Source: an uncultured Verrucomicrobiota bacterium
Lineage (GTDB): Bacteria; Verrucomicrobiota; Kiritimatiellia; CAIQIC01; JAGNIJ01
DNA length: 46,118 nt
Direction of reading: 5' to 3'
Assembly (NCBI GenBank): GCA_964617565.1
Contig: CAZTYH010000018.1
Span: 1 to 46,118, forward strand
Of the stretch, positions 1 to 10,033 are shown one piece after another. Made by a program: the position numbers and the translations under genes. How positions within the stretch are numbered: the stretch's first letter is position 1; each line of letters opens with the position of its first letter. The notes beneath the pieces are model-generated. The model worked only from the letters and a program-made list of their open reading frames with translations, was not told where the DNA came from and made no database searches.

Positions 1-788
1 AGAGAGGCGGAGAAGAACGCGGCGTTGACCAGCACGATGGTCGCGCCGGCAGGAGTGTTGAGCCAGAGGGCAATGAAAATGCCCGTGACAACGGAGAGCG
101 CCGCCAGCATGGCAGACGTCACAAGCACAGCCTTGAAGCTTCGGCACAACTGGAGCGCGGTGACGGCAGGAAAGATCAGGAGGCTGGAAACGAGCAGCAT
201 GCCGACCACGCGAATGCCAAGCACCACCATCAATGCCGTCAACACGGCCAGCAGGCGGCTGCTGCGTTCCGGACGAATGCCCGACACGCGCGCGCTCGTG
301 TCGTCAAATGTCACGGCAAACAGTTCGTGATAGGCCAGCAAGATCGCGACAACTACCCCCACCACCAATCCCAGTGCCAGGCGTGCCTCCATGCGACCGA
401 CCGCGAGGATATCCCCGAAAAGAAAGCTGAACAAATCCACGCTGAATCCGCCTCCGAGGCTTGAAAGCAAAACGCCAATAGCCACCCCGACCGCGGACAC
501 CATTCCGATCGCGGCATCGCCATACATCGTGGCGCGCGTGGGCAGATGCAGGATCAGGAGCGACGCAAGAGCCACGAGAGGAATGGAAACGTAAAGCGGA
601 GCCCATCCCATCAACAGCGCCAGACCCACCGTCGCGAAAGCGAAGTGCGCAAGCCCATCGCCCATCATCGAATGCCGGCGCAGCACGAGAAAGACGCCCA
701 AAAGGCCGCAACCCACCGCGATGAAAACGCCCGACAGCAGCGCGCGCTGAACGAAAGCGAACTGGAGAAATTCCATCACTTCGCGCAT
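1..788 (-). CDS. znuB: Metal (zinc-type) ABC transporter permease, ABC-3/ZnuB family; the 3' end runs off the window
   Basis: Absent from the ORF track because it is open at the window edge. My minus-strand translation from the ATG at 788-786 gives MREVMEFLQFAFVQRALLSGVFIAVGCGLLGVFLVLRRHSMMGDGLAHFAFATVGLALLMGW... It stays hydrophobic and multi-TM down to position 1. The start overlaps the stop of the upstream ATPase gene by 13 nt, indicating an operon. Confidence 0.8.
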   Translation of the reverse strand, partial: MREVMEFLQFAFVQRALLSGVFIAVGCGLLGVFLVLRRHSMMGDGLAHFAFATVGLALLMGWAPLYVSIPLVALASLLILHLPTRATMYGDAAIGMVSAVGVAIGVLLSSLGGGFSVDLFSFLFGDILAVGRMEARLALGLVVGVVVAILLAYHELFAVTFDDTSARVSGIRPERSSRLLAVLTALMVVLGIRVVGMLLVSSLLIFPAVTALQLCRSFKAVLVTSAMLAALSVVTGIFIALWLNTPAGATIVLVNAAFFSAS

Positions 789-1549
789 GACCCACCTCCC
801 CCGTCATGCTGATGACAGATCGTGTGCTGTGCGACAGAACCAAACTGGCGATTCATTTCCGGGGAGTGGCAGAAATCCTGGAACGTTCCGGAAAACAACA
901 CGGAACGGTCGAGGTAAAGCAGATGCGACGCATGTTTCCCCGCCGTGGCGCTGTCGTGCGTGATGAGCACAATAGTCGAGCCGCCCTGCCGGTGCATTTC
1001 CGCAAGGAGCGCATAAAAACTCTCGCGGCTATCGGGATCGAGCGCGAGCGTCGGTTCATCCAGAATAAGCAGGTCGGGACGATTCACCAATGCGCGGGCC
1101 AGCAACACGCGCTGCCGTTGACCACCCGAAAGCTCTCCGATCCGCCGATCCGTGAGGCCCGCCACACCCAGGCGCTCCAACGCGCTCTTCACGGCCTCGT
1201 CGTCCGCAGCCCCCAACCACCGTGGAAAACGCTTGCCGGCAAGCCTTCCCAGCGCCACCACTTCGCGCACGGTAGCCGGAAACTTCGGAAAAGCAGGCGA
1301 TGCGAACTGCGGGAGGTATCCGACGCGCTGCCACGCCCCAAACCTGCGCGGCTCGACGCCGAAAAGAGTGACAAAACCCGAGCGGGGCTGCAGCAAGCCC
1401 ATCGCCGTTTTGACCAGCGTGGTTTTACCGGAACCATTCGGTCCCACGATAGCCCAGAACTCGCCGGGCCCGGCCCGCCATGAGACGCGGTCGAGCGCCA
1501 TGCCCATGCCGTAGGCCACGCTCAGATCGGTTGTTTCGATCACGTTCAT
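776..1549 (-). CDS. znuC: Metal ABC transporter ATP-binding protein (ZnuC-like)
   Basis: 257 aa ORF with Walker A GPNGSGKTT, ABC signature LSGGQRQR and Walker B LLILDEPT. It overlaps the znuA stop by 4 nt and the znuB start by 13 nt. Confidence 0.9.
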   Translation of the reverse strand: MNVIETTDLSVAYGMGMALDRVSWRAGPGEFWAIVGPNGSGKTTLVKTAMGLLQPRSGFVTLFGVEPRRFGAWQRVGYLPQFASPAFPKFPATVREVVALGRLAGKRFPRWLGAADDEAVKSALERLGVAGLTDRRIGELSGGQRQRVLLARALVNRPDLLILDEPTLALDPDSRESFYALLAEMHRQGGSTIVLITHDSATAGKHASHLLYLDRSVLFSGTFQDFCHSPEMNRQFGSVAQHTICHQHDGGGGSCAK

Positions 1550-2469
1550 TCACACTCCAGCGCCGCGCGCAGCTTGACGAGATTGCCTTCCATCAATGAA
1601 AGGTAGGTCTCGCCCCGCGCGCGCTCATCCCTTGTAAGATTATGCGCACCGTGCAGCAATTCCAGTTTCGCGCCGGTCTCTTCCGCCATTGTACGGGCCA
1701 CGCGCGGTTCGATCAGTTCCTCGTGAAAAATCGTTTTTTGCCCCGAGGCTCTGATCACCCGGATCAATTCCGCGACCTGGCGAGGAGTCGGCGTCGAATT
1801 GGGCGAGAAACCGGGATACGGGGAAACATGAGACAACCCGTACCGGCGCGCGAAGTAACCGAAAGCAAAATGCCCGCCATACACGATCTCACGGCGACGG
1901 CACGTGGCGAGCCCGGCTTCGATCTTTCGATGCAACTCCCGAAGTTTCGCGATGTACGCCTGCGCGCGCGCCTCATAAAGCGAGGCGCCTTCAGGATCAG
2001 CTTTCGCGAGCCCCTGCGCGATGGCGGACACCATCGCCTGCGCGAGAACCGGGTCCAGCCAGATATGCGGGTCGGTATCGCCATGTCCATGGTCATGGCC
2101 GTGAGCGCAATGCTCGCCATGCTCATGGTCGTCCGCCCTCTCAACTTCGCGCCCGGCTTCCACCACGACCAGTGCCGGATTATCAAGCCCCCGGAGGACA
2201 TCCTTTGCCCACGGCTCCATATCCTCGCCGACATAGACGAATGCATGCGCTTTATTCAAAAGCAACATATCGGAAGGCTTCGGCGCGAACGTATGCGCCT
2301 CGACGCCCGGCGGCAGCAGTTGCACAACATCCACACGGTCACCACCGACCTCACGAGTCCAGTCGTATAAAGGAAAAATGGTGGTAACTACCGACACCTG
2401 TGCCTGCGCTGCGGCGCCGGTCACCAAGACCAAAACCAGCACCTGCATGAATCGAATGGCCTTCATCAT
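1546..2469 (-). CDS. znuA: Periplasmic metal-binding lipoprotein or solute-binding protein (ZnuA/TroA family) with a His-rich loop
   Basis: The ORF runs to 2541, but MMKAIRFMQVLVLVLVTGAAAQA, starting at 2469, is a plausible signal peptide. The His/Asp-rich loop DDHEHGEHCAHGHDHGHGDTDPH is typical of zinc-specific ZnuA. First gene of the znuACB operon. Confidence 0.85.
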   Translation of the reverse strand: MMKAIRFMQVLVLVLVTGAAAQAQVSVVTTIFPLYDWTREVGGDRVDVVQLLPPGVEAHTFAPKPSDMLLLNKAHAFVYVGEDMEPWAKDVLRGLDNPALVVVEAGREVERADDHEHGEHCAHGHDHGHGDTDPHIWLDPVLAQAMVSAIAQGLAKADPEGASLYEARAQAYIAKLRELHRKIEAGLATCRRREIVYGGHFAFGYFARRYGLSHVSPYPGFSPNSTPTPRQVAELIRVIRASGQKTIFHEELIEPRVARTMAEETGAKLELLHGAHNLTRDERARGETYLSLMEGNLVKLRAALECE

Positions 2470-2564
2470 GCTCCTTCGACGCTCAATGCCGAATGTCCGA
2501 TGTTCAATGTTTCCCCTGCGCTTTCCTCTTGCCTCACCCACTCCAAGTCTATAACGTGGACGTC

Positions 2565-2987
2565 ATGCCTGATAGTGATAAATCAGTATCAATAGTGCAG
2601 CGGCGGACCCGGCCACGTCAAGCGGTAACGAACGCTTTCCGTGAAGCGGCGAGGCCGTTGACGCCTGAGGAGGCCTGCGCGCTGGCGCAACGGAAGCATC
2701 GCGCGCTCGGGATCGCAACGGTGTATCGCACCATCAAGCATTTGACGGGAGCGGGCCTGCTGATCCCGGTCCGCGTGCCGGGCCATCCGACACGTTATGA
2801 GTGGGTGCGACAGGATCATCACCACCATTTCCACTGCCAATCCTGCAACAAGGTCTACCCCATCGCCGGCTGCCCGCGCGGCATCCAGGCGCTGACACCG
2901 CGCGGGTTTACCGTGAAGCATCATGAAGTGACGTTGTACGGCCTATGCCCGGCCTGCGGCTTGAAACGCAAATCGAAAAGAAACTGA
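2565..2987 (+). CDS. zur: Fur-family metalloregulator, probably the zinc uptake regulator Zur
   Basis: Has the winged-helix region TVYRTIKHLTGAGLL, the metal site HHHHFHCQSCNKV and a C-terminal CPAC pair. Divergent from znuACB. The ORF starts at 2493, but ATG 2565 (MPDSDKS...) gives a typical Fur length. A GTG at 2595 is a further alternative. Confidence 0.75.
   Translation: MPDSDKSVSIVQRRTRPRQAVTNAFREAARPLTPEEACALAQRKHRALGIATVYRTIKHLTGAGLLIPVRVPGHPTRYEWVRQDHHHHFHCQSCNKVYPIAGCPRGIQALTPRGFTVKHHEVTLYGLCPACGLKRKSKRN
2570..2591. promoter_or_regulatory. Candidate Fur/Zur box (10-2-10 inverted repeat)
   Basis: TGATAGTGAT-AA-ATCAGTATCA, with arms complementary at 9 of 10 positions and GATA/TATC hexamer content like Fur-family boxes. 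It lies between the divergent znuA and the Fur-family gene and overlaps the first codons of the latter. Confidence 0.45.
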
Positions 2988-2988
2988 A

Positions 2989-3402
2989 TCACAGCGCACG
3001 GCCGGTGGTCGCCGTGGCAAGCGAGCAGTGCTTGATTCCTTTCACCGCGCGCAAACCGGATTCCAACTCCGCAATATCTTTCGGCTTGCCCCGCACGGCA
3101 AGGATTTCGAGACAGTTGTCGTGATCTAGATGAAAGTGCTGTGTCGCCATGACCATGTGATGCCAGTCATGCTGAATATGATTCAATCGGCGGGCCAGGT
3201 CGCGTTTGTGGTGGTCATAGACCAATATGATCGCGCCGGCGACCTCCTTGCCTTCCAACCACTCCCGATGAATCAGGCTTTCGCGAATCAGGTCCCCCAC
3301 GGCCTTGGATCGCGTAGGACAATGCGTGCGCGCAATCTGCCGGTCGAATTTTTCGACCAGTTTTTCATCCAATGAAACGCTTAAACGAACGAGTTTTGAC
3401 AT
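2989..3402 (-). CDS. nikR: NikR-family ribbon-helix-helix nickel-responsive regulator
   Basis: 137 aa. The N-terminal RHH is VRLSVSLDEKLVEKFDRQI...RSKAVGDLIRESL. The C-terminal ACT-like domain carries His clusters (YDHHKRDL, HDWHHMV, HFHLDHDNCLE) as in NikR. Confidence 0.75.
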   Translation of the reverse strand: MSKLVRLSVSLDEKLVEKFDRQIARTHCPTRSKAVGDLIRESLIHREWLEGKEVAGAIILVYDHHKRDLARRLNHIQHDWHHMVMATQHFHLDHDNCLEILAVRGKPKDIAELESGLRAVKGIKHCSLATATTGRAL

Positions 3403-3533
3403 TTTTCCTCCATCAACCGGATTCTGCCTGTATTAAGAACCAACCTCCCGTTCTTGTCCATTCCCCACTATACGATCAGGCCTGTAATCCCATATATTAG
3501 GGGACGAGAGAGGCATGGGAACCCGGGGCCTTT

Positions 3534-4781
3534 ATGGCAAGAATTCTTGTTGTAGATGATCAGCCGATGGTCTTGAAGTGCCTGAAATCGGCGTTGTCGG
3601 CCGACGGGCATGACATTGCGACCGTAACGGCAGGCGACATGGCGTTGAAGCTTGTCGGTTTTCAAAGCTTCGATGTGATCATTACCGACTATGCCATGCC
3701 CGGCATGGACGGTTTGCGGTTTCTTGAAATCGCCCAGGAAAAATCGCCCGGCGTGCCCGTCATCATGGCCACCGGTTACGGTACGGCCGACACGGCGCTG
3801 GAAGCCATGCAGAAAGGGGCTTTTGATTATCTCGCCAAGCCGTTCTCGCTGGAATCGCTTCGCACCACGGTCGGCGCCGCGCTCGAATATGTGAAGGCCC
3901 GCAACAGTATTCCGGCCCTGACCAACCCCGAACCATCCACTCTGCCCTTCCCTCACATCGTCGCCGCAAGCCCAAGCATGAAGGATGTCTGCGCACGGAT
4001 CGCAGAACTGGCTCCTCGCGACGGGGCCGTCTTATTGCAGGGCGAGCCGGGCACCGGCAAAGAGATCCTGGCGCGGACCCTCCACGCCAGGGGGGCTACG
4101 CGGGATGAGCTTTTCGAACGGGTTGATTGCGCTCGCCTGCGGGAGGGCGGAACCATCGGCTTGCTGTTGGACCACAGCAAAGCCGGCTCGATGTATTTTC
4201 GCGATATCGGGTCCATGCCGATGCTCATGCAGAAAGAACTGGCAGGCGTCATTCTCACTCGAAGATTCAAAGCGCGTGAAGACGGGGCGATCCAGTTGCT
4301 CCGTACACGCATTTTTGCCTCCACCGCAACGCATCTTGAAAAGCGGGTCGAGCAACGGATGTTTGATAACGATCTTTTGCACGCCTTGAAGGAAACGACG
4401 CTCACCGTTCCTCCGCTGCGCGAGCGCCCCGAGGATGTGCGCATTCTCATCGGTCTTATGCTGCGGCGCTTCCTGAATGCGACGGAGAAGATGCCGATTG
4501 ACCCGGAAGCGTTGATGGTGCTGGAAAACTACCCCTGGCCCGGCAACCTGCCGGAACTGGCGGAAACGATCCGCAATGCCAGCTGCCTGTCGGGAGGCAT
4601 GCGCATCCGCGCGCAACACCTGCCGCGGGGGCTCCTCCGCATGGCGACCACCGGCGACCAGGAGAATGATCGCCAGATTGATCTCAAGCAGTTCCGCGGC
4701 CGCGTGGTCAAAAACTTCCTGCAGAACATCAAGCAGGAATACGAACACGTGCTCAACAAGATCGAACGCTTCGCGCCGTAA
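3534..4781 (+). CDS. Response regulator with a receiver domain and a degenerate NtrC-type AAA+ domain; no recognisable C-terminal HTH
   Basis: Receiver domain: MARILVVDDQP...DVIITDYAMPGMDG...KPF. AAA+ Walker A GEPGTGKE, PPLRERPEDV and YPWPGNLPEL are present. The GAFTGA loop is absent and Walker B reads MYFRDIG instead of hhhhDE. Confidence 0.75.
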   Translation: MARILVVDDQPMVLKCLKSALSADGHDIATVTAGDMALKLVGFQSFDVIITDYAMPGMDGLRFLEIAQEKSPGVPVIMATGYGTADTALEAMQKGAFDYLAKPFSLESLRTTVGAALEYVKARNSIPALTNPEPSTLPFPHIVAASPSMKDVCARIAELAPRDGAVLLQGEPGTGKEILARTLHARGATRDELFERVDCARLREGGTIGLLLDHSKAGSMYFRDIGSMPMLMQKELAGVILTRRFKAREDGAIQLLRTRIFASTATHLEKRVEQRMFDNDLLHALKETTLTVPPLRERPEDVRILIGLMLRRFLNATEKMPIDPEALMVLENYPWPGNLPELAETIRNASCLSGGMRIRAQHLPRGLLRMATTGDQENDRQIDLKQFRGRVVKNFLQNIKQEYEHVLNKIERFAP

Positions 4782-4841
4782 CCCATCGCGTGCGCGTCAC
4801 GAGCACGGGGATAACCCGCCTGTCACGGGTGCGATTCCATC

Positions 4842-7052
4842 TCAATCGTGCGGATTCAACCGCAGGTAAACCGCGCCGAGCGGCGGCAGGCGAAGCCCGA
4901 TAGACCAGTTGCGGCCCATCCATGGCATGTTGTCCGCCCACTTGTCCCCCTCGTTCACCACGTTGCTGCCACCATAGGCTGCCGCGTCGGTATTCAGCAC
5001 CTCGGTATAACGGCCGGGCTCAGGCACGCCGATCCTGTATCCTTCCCTCGGCACAGGCGTGCAATTGCAGACGCATACGAGAATGTCCCGCGGATCTTTT
5101 CCGCGTCGGAAGAATGAAATGATGCTCTGCTCCCAATCGTGCAGATCAATCCACTCGAAACCCTCCCACGAGAAATCAATCTCGTGCATCGCGCCGTAGA
5201 GGCGGTATTGCGCGTGCAGGTCTCGAACCAGTTCCTGCATCTTGCGGTGCGGTTCATATTCCAGCAGGTGCCAGTCAAGGCTCTCGTGGTAATTCCATTC
5301 CCGGCCCTGCCCGAATTCGCCGCCCATGAACAGAAGCTTCTTGCCCGGATGCGCGAACATGTAGGCATAGAGCAGGCGGAGATTGGCAAATTTCTGCCAC
5401 CCATCGCCGGGCATCTTGTCCAGCATGGATCCCTTCCCGTGCACGACTTCATCATGCGAGAACGGGAGAATGAAGTTTTCCGTGAATGCGTAGATCAAGG
5501 AAAAGGTCAGCTCGTGGTGATGGTATTTTCGGTGAACCGGCTCCTTGCTGATGTACACGAGCGTATCGTGCATCCATCCCATGTTCCACTTGAAGTCGAA
5601 ACCGAGACCGCCCAGGTACGTCGGCTTGGACACCATCGGCCAGGCCGTTGATTCCTCGGCAAACGTGATGAAGCCGGGGTATTCGCCGTGAACGACTTCG
5701 TTGAAGCGTTTCAGGAAATCAACCGCCTCCAGGTTCTCCCGGCCGCCGAACTGGTTCGGGACCCACTCGCCTTCCTTGCGGGAATAATCGAGATAAAGCA
5801 TGCTGGCCACGGCGTCCACGCGCAACCCGTCTATGTGATAAACATCCGCCCAATACATCGCATTGGAAAGCAGGAACGTTTTCACTTCGTTGCGGCCGTA
5901 ATTGAAGATGAGCGTTCCCCAATCCCGGTGCTCGCCCTTGCGCGGATCGGCATGCTCGTACAGGTGGCTGCCGTCGAAATAGGCAAGGCCATGCCCGTCT
6001 TTCGGGAAATGCGCGGGAACCCAATCGAGGAGGACCCCGATGCCCTCCTGGTGGCAGCGGTCCACAAAGTACATGAAATCGTCGGGCGTACCGAACCGGG
6101 AGGTCGGCGCGAAATAGCCGATGGTCTGATAGCCCCACGATCCATCGAACGGATGTTCGCTGATGGGCAGCAACTCGATATGGGTATAGCCCAGCTCCTT
6201 GACGTATGGGATGAGCTGATCCGCAAGCTCCCGGTAGGTCAGCCACCGATTGAAGTCGCCCGGGATCCTGCGCCACGAGCTGAGGTGTACCTCGTACACG
6301 CTGATCGGCTTGTCGTGCCACCGGGTCTCGCGCCGCTGTGACATCCATGCCTCGTCGCGCCACTGATACCGATCCAGATCCCACACCACGGAGGCCGACT
6401 TCGGACGCAGCTCGGAAAAGAACGCGTATGGATCCGCTTTCTGCCCGAGGAAGTTGTTATGTCCTTTAATCTCGAATTTGTACAGGTCACCCGGCTGAAG
6501 GTGCGGGATGAAGATCTCCCACAACCCGGAACTGCCGCGGTGCTGCATCGGGTGATGCCGGCCGTCCCATCGGTTAAACCAGCCGATCACGCTGACGCGA
6601 ATCGCGTTCGGCGCCCACACTGCAAAGTGGACACCCGGCACGCCGTCAATCGTCATCACGTGCGCGCCCATTTTCGTGTAGGTGCGGTAATGCGTCCCCT
6701 CGCCGAAAAGGTAGAGATCGAAATCGGTGATCTGCAGCGGGAAGCGGTACGGATCCTCCAACTCCCACTGGTGGTCGTCGAAACCGGTCATGCGCAGGCG
6801 ATACCGGAATTTCTGGCGGCCGGACAAAACAAGCTCGAACAACCCCTGATCATGAATGCGTGCCAGCTCGAGCGCTTCGCCCGTATCGGCGCTGATGACC
6901 TCGACCTTCCGCGCATAGGGCTGGAACGAGCGGACCACGACGCCTGGCGACGACGGGCCGGTCTCATTCATGCCCAACACTTCGTAAGGGGAGCCGTGGG
7001 TCCCGTGAACTATGGCATCAATGGCTTCACGCGCAAGCAAGGGTTTCATCAT
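4842..7052 (-). CDS. glgB: 1,4-alpha-glucan branching enzyme (GH13)
   Basis: 736 aa with typical GlgB blocks: [80 protein letters not shown] and [12 protein letters not shown]. Confidence 0.95.
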   Translation of the reverse strand: MMKPLLAREAIDAIVHGTHGSPYEVLGMNETGPSSPGVVVRSFQPYARKVEVISADTGEALELARIHDQGLFELVLSGRQKFRYRLRMTGFDDHQWELEDPYRFPLQITDFDLYLFGEGTHYRTYTKMGAHVMTIDGVPGVHFAVWAPNAIRVSVIGWFNRWDGRHHPMQHRGSSGLWEIFIPHLQPGDLYKFEIKGHNNFLGQKADPYAFFSELRPKSASVVWDLDRYQWRDEAWMSQRRETRWHDKPISVYEVHLSSWRRIPGDFNRWLTYRELADQLIPYVKELGYTHIELLPISEHPFDGSWGYQTIGYFAPTSRFGTPDDFMYFVDRCHQEGIGVLLDWVPAHFPKDGHGLAYFDGSHLYEHADPRKGEHRDWGTLIFNYGRNEVKTFLLSNAMYWADVYHIDGLRVDAVASMLYLDYSRKEGEWVPNQFGGRENLEAVDFLKRFNEVVHGEYPGFITFAEESTAWPMVSKPTYLGGLGFDFKWNMGWMHDTLVYISKEPVHRKYHHHELTFSLIYAFTENFILPFSHDEVVHGKGSMLDKMPGDGWQKFANLRLLYAYMFAHPGKKLLFMGGEFGQGREWNYHESLDWHLLEYEPHRKMQELVRDLHAQYRLYGAMHEIDFSWEGFEWIDLHDWEQSIISFFRRGKDPRDILVCVCNCTPVPREGYRIGVPEPGRYTEVLNTDAAAYGGSNVVNEGDKWADNMPWMGRNWSIGLRLPPLGAVYLRLNPHD

Positions 7053-7099
7053 AATTACATCTCCAATATGCGTCCGTATTCTAGAGGTTCCCGTACGGA

Positions 7100-9877
7100 C
7101 TACAAGGTAACATCGAGGCAGATTATCCTGCCGGCGGGCAGCCTCTCGATTTCCCTCCGCCGGACGCGTACCCCTCCGCGATCCCGTTTTTCAAACGGCA
7201 CGTTACGCCGTCCGATGCAAATGCGGGAAACTTCATATTTTCCGGGCTTCAGGCCGCGGGGGTTCCGAATCACAACCCTCAACGTGCGGCCGGCAAAGGG
7301 CACGGTCGCGGCCGCTTCGCCATTGTCGTCGAACTCGTCCGGTATCAACTGGGGATCAAGGACCAGGTCCCCCAGCTCTCCCCGAACACCGAACGCCTGG
7401 GTTAAAAGCAGGTAAACAAGCCATGACGCGGTGCCGGTGAGATAGCAATACATGCCGCGGCCTTCCGCATTGAAGTATTCCGGCACACACGGGAAGATGC
7501 GGGACGTACCCGCGTTCAATGTCGAACAATAAAGCGTCGCCCAGACCTTGCGCCCCGCTTCGGGTCTCCGCAACCTGTACAGCGCAAAGGCATACATGAC
7601 GGCCATGTGACAAAACACGGCGCCGTTCTCCTTCTCGCCGTAAGCAAACGAAAAGGCGCGGCCGAGGTCGGGCTGGATACCGCCGAAATCGGTGTTGAGA
7701 CGGATGCCACCGGTCACAGGATCTTTCAGCCAGTGCTCCACGGCGCGGATCACGCGGTCGGCCTGCGCTGCATCAGCGATCCCCGCCATGAGCGGAAAGA
7801 CCTGCCCCGTCAACGTCATGCGCACGCGGCCTGCACGACGTCCCTCAACACGCCGGCCGCGATTATCATAATACCCGTTGAAGAAGCCCTCCGCGTTCCC
7901 GAGCGCCGTCCATTCATCCTTCCTGATTCGGTCGGCAAGGTCGCGGCTCTTGGCGCGAAGGTCCACGGCCAGGCGTGCCGGATCCACGGCTTTCTTCGCG
8001 CCCGACACATCACGGGCTACCACATCCATGTATTGATTCAGCCGGTCCTGCTTCGCCCGCGCGGAAGCATAATTCACACGGCGGCCGCCGGGCAATCGGT
8101 CGAGGAGAAGCAACAATTCTTCCGCGAGCAATATGTTTCGCGCTCCTCGCCGCGCAAGCACTTCGACCATATCCGCGATGCGGTCGAGGTTCCATGCATA
8201 GAAGGCGCTGAATGCGACGGATTCGCCGCGCTCGTCCGCCATGTCCAATCCGTCGTTCCAATCCGCGCCTTCCAGCCGACACACGTTATGCCCACCCACA
8301 TTAAAGAAGGCGGTCAGGTTCTGCACCAGCATATGCTCGAGAATCGTGCCCTTGTAAATTTTTTGGTCGCGCGTTCGCAGCTCATCGCCATCCGACTCGC
8401 ACCATCGCGCATCCCGCTGCTTGCAACGATGCGTCTGCGGATCCTTGAAATATTCCCGCTCGCGCAGGAGGAAAGCGGTGTCGCCCGTTTGATCCACGTA
8501 AAGCAGCGTCGTGTAGGTCGGCCAGCATCCGTGGTCCATCCAGGTCCTGGGAATGCTGTTGCGATCGGCAATGAACGCTCCGTTCGTTCCGATAATCGTG
8601 GCATTCGAACCATCAATCCGCACGCCGCCGAAGTTGTGAAGGAGCATCGGCTTCACCTCGGCCGGGTCCGAGAGCAGCAATGCCAGGCAGTCCTGCCAGA
8701 GATCGCGCCATCCCTTCCCGCCGCGGCCATAATCGTATTGCGGCAGATAGGAATTCCCATAGAGACGGCGCAGCATCGGCTGGAACCCCACCCACGACAG
8801 CCAGTTGTTGAGCCGCGGATCGGGTGTCGAAAAAGCCACCTTGCCGATACGGTCGTGCCAATAGATTTTTGTCGCCTCAAGCGACCTTGCCACGCGAACC
8901 GGACTTCTTGCCCAGCGAGTCCACCTTTCGACGCCCGCCGCATTGCGATCTATCCCTCCGAGGAATACAAAGCGCGCGGAGGCCCCGCTTTTCAGTTCGA
9001 TTTCGCCGAAGCGGAATCCGCCCAAGCCTTCCTTGCCCTGGAAACTCTTCAGCGATCCGGCCGGACCCGTCTCCCGCCCCCAGACCGCAGCGGGTGCCGC
9101 AAAGTTTCCGCCGTCACCGAGAAAACTCTCCTGCGTCGGCCAGATCGCGGAGGGGGCGCAGCCCTTCGGCCCGAAACCGAGCACGGCATAGGTCGTTGTG
9201 TTAATTTGATGTCCACGCTCGTCAAAGGACATGGTCGGACACGCCGAGACGCCATGCCGGTGCAACCTCACACGATTCAAAAGCGCTGTCACATGCCGAT
9301 GGTCCCGCACATCATCCGCTGAACGCGCATACATGGAGAGCGCGGCATACGCATTGAATTTCAGGGGCGCTTTTGACCGGTTGACGACCTCGACCATCAT
9401 CAGTTCAACTTTCTCGTCGAGATCCGCGGGACACCAGAGTGTCGCTCGGATTCGATAGCGCCGCCCCGGACCTTCCTTGGTCAGACTGAACCATCCCGGT
9501 CCGGCATTGACAATGGATTGAGGAACACGCGCCTGACGTACATGCGATTCGAGTCCGTCGGCGGAAAGACGCGAGAGCGAGAAAGGCGGGCGCCCCGGTT
9601 CGACGATCCAGAACCCGCGATGCACAAGCGAGTTCGCAAGGTCTTCCGCCGTCAGAGGAAACCCGAGGTATTCATTATGGCTGCCCGCGGGGCTGCCCTG
9701 AAGATCGGGTGTGGTCCATGACCGCATGCCCGCTTCGTTGACAAGCGGAAAGTAAAGCCGGCCGATGGATTCCGTGTTGAAAGCCACAAACTCCCCGAAA
9801 GCCGGGTTGCCGGGCTCGGTGTCCACGAAATCCCACCAGCAATCGCTTTTTTTTCTGAAGACCGATGTCTTTTTCAT
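7100..9877 (-). CDS. GH94-like glycoside phosphorylase (cellobiose/cellodextrin/beta-glucan phosphorylase superfamily)
   Basis: 925 aa. [13 protein letters not shown] and [28 protein letters not shown] resemble the RDxxQD and DWNDxLN...GESV catalytic blocks I recall from GH94 and related families. The exact family and substrate are not assignable by eye. Confidence 0.6.
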   Translation of the reverse strand: MKKTSVFRKKSDCWWDFVDTEPGNPAFGEFVAFNTESIGRLYFPLVNEAGMRSWTTPDLQGSPAGSHNEYLGFPLTAEDLANSLVHRGFWIVEPGRPPFSLSRLSADGLESHVRQARVPQSIVNAGPGWFSLTKEGPGRRYRIRATLWCPADLDEKVELMMVEVVNRSKAPLKFNAYAALSMYARSADDVRDHRHVTALLNRVRLHRHGVSACPTMSFDERGHQINTTTYAVLGFGPKGCAPSAIWPTQESFLGDGGNFAAPAAVWGRETGPAGSLKSFQGKEGLGGFRFGEIELKSGASARFVFLGGIDRNAAGVERWTRWARSPVRVARSLEATKIYWHDRIGKVAFSTPDPRLNNWLSWVGFQPMLRRLYGNSYLPQYDYGRGGKGWRDLWQDCLALLLSDPAEVKPMLLHNFGGVRIDGSNATIIGTNGAFIADRNSIPRTWMDHGCWPTYTTLLYVDQTGDTAFLLREREYFKDPQTHRCKQRDARWCESDGDELRTRDQKIYKGTILEHMLVQNLTAFFNVGGHNVCRLEGADWNDGLDMADERGESVAFSAFYAWNLDRIADMVEVLARRGARNILLAEELLLLLDRLPGGRRVNYASARAKQDRLNQYMDVVARDVSGAKKAVDPARLAVDLRAKSRDLADRIRKDEWTALGNAEGFFNGYYDNRGRRVEGRRAGRVRMTLTGQVFPLMAGIADAAQADRVIRAVEHWLKDPVTGGIRLNTDFGGIQPDLGRAFSFAYGEKENGAVFCHMAVMYAFALYRLRRPEAGRKVWATLYCSTLNAGTSRIFPCVPEYFNAEGRGMYCYLTGTASWLVYLLLTQAFGVRGELGDLVLDPQLIPDEFDDNGEAAATVPFAGRTLRVVIRNPRGLKPGKYEVSRICIGRRNVPFEKRDRGGVRVRRREIERLPAGRIICLDVTL

Positions 9878-10033
9878 AAGGGTCTCTGCGGGACGATGAA
9901 AAACGGGGTCATTGTAGGAATCGCCGGGACATTGTCACGCGCAAACCCCGGGCAACTGCTATTGCCGAAAACGCCTTTTCCGGTGTATATATATACTGTG
10001 CGGGGATGGGAGAGCCATACCTCGGGACAGGAG

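Noticed and set aside
304-843. 179-aa minus-strand ORF, and the small plus-strand ORFs between 25 and 812
   Set aside because: They overlap the edge-truncated znuB frame. That frame gives a convincing multi-TM ABC-3 permease, and these alternatives are Arg/Gly-rich nonsense.
7607-9322. 571-aa ORF on the plus strand
   Set aside because: Antisense to the GH94-like gene. The composition is Arg/His/Pro-rich with no recognisable motifs.
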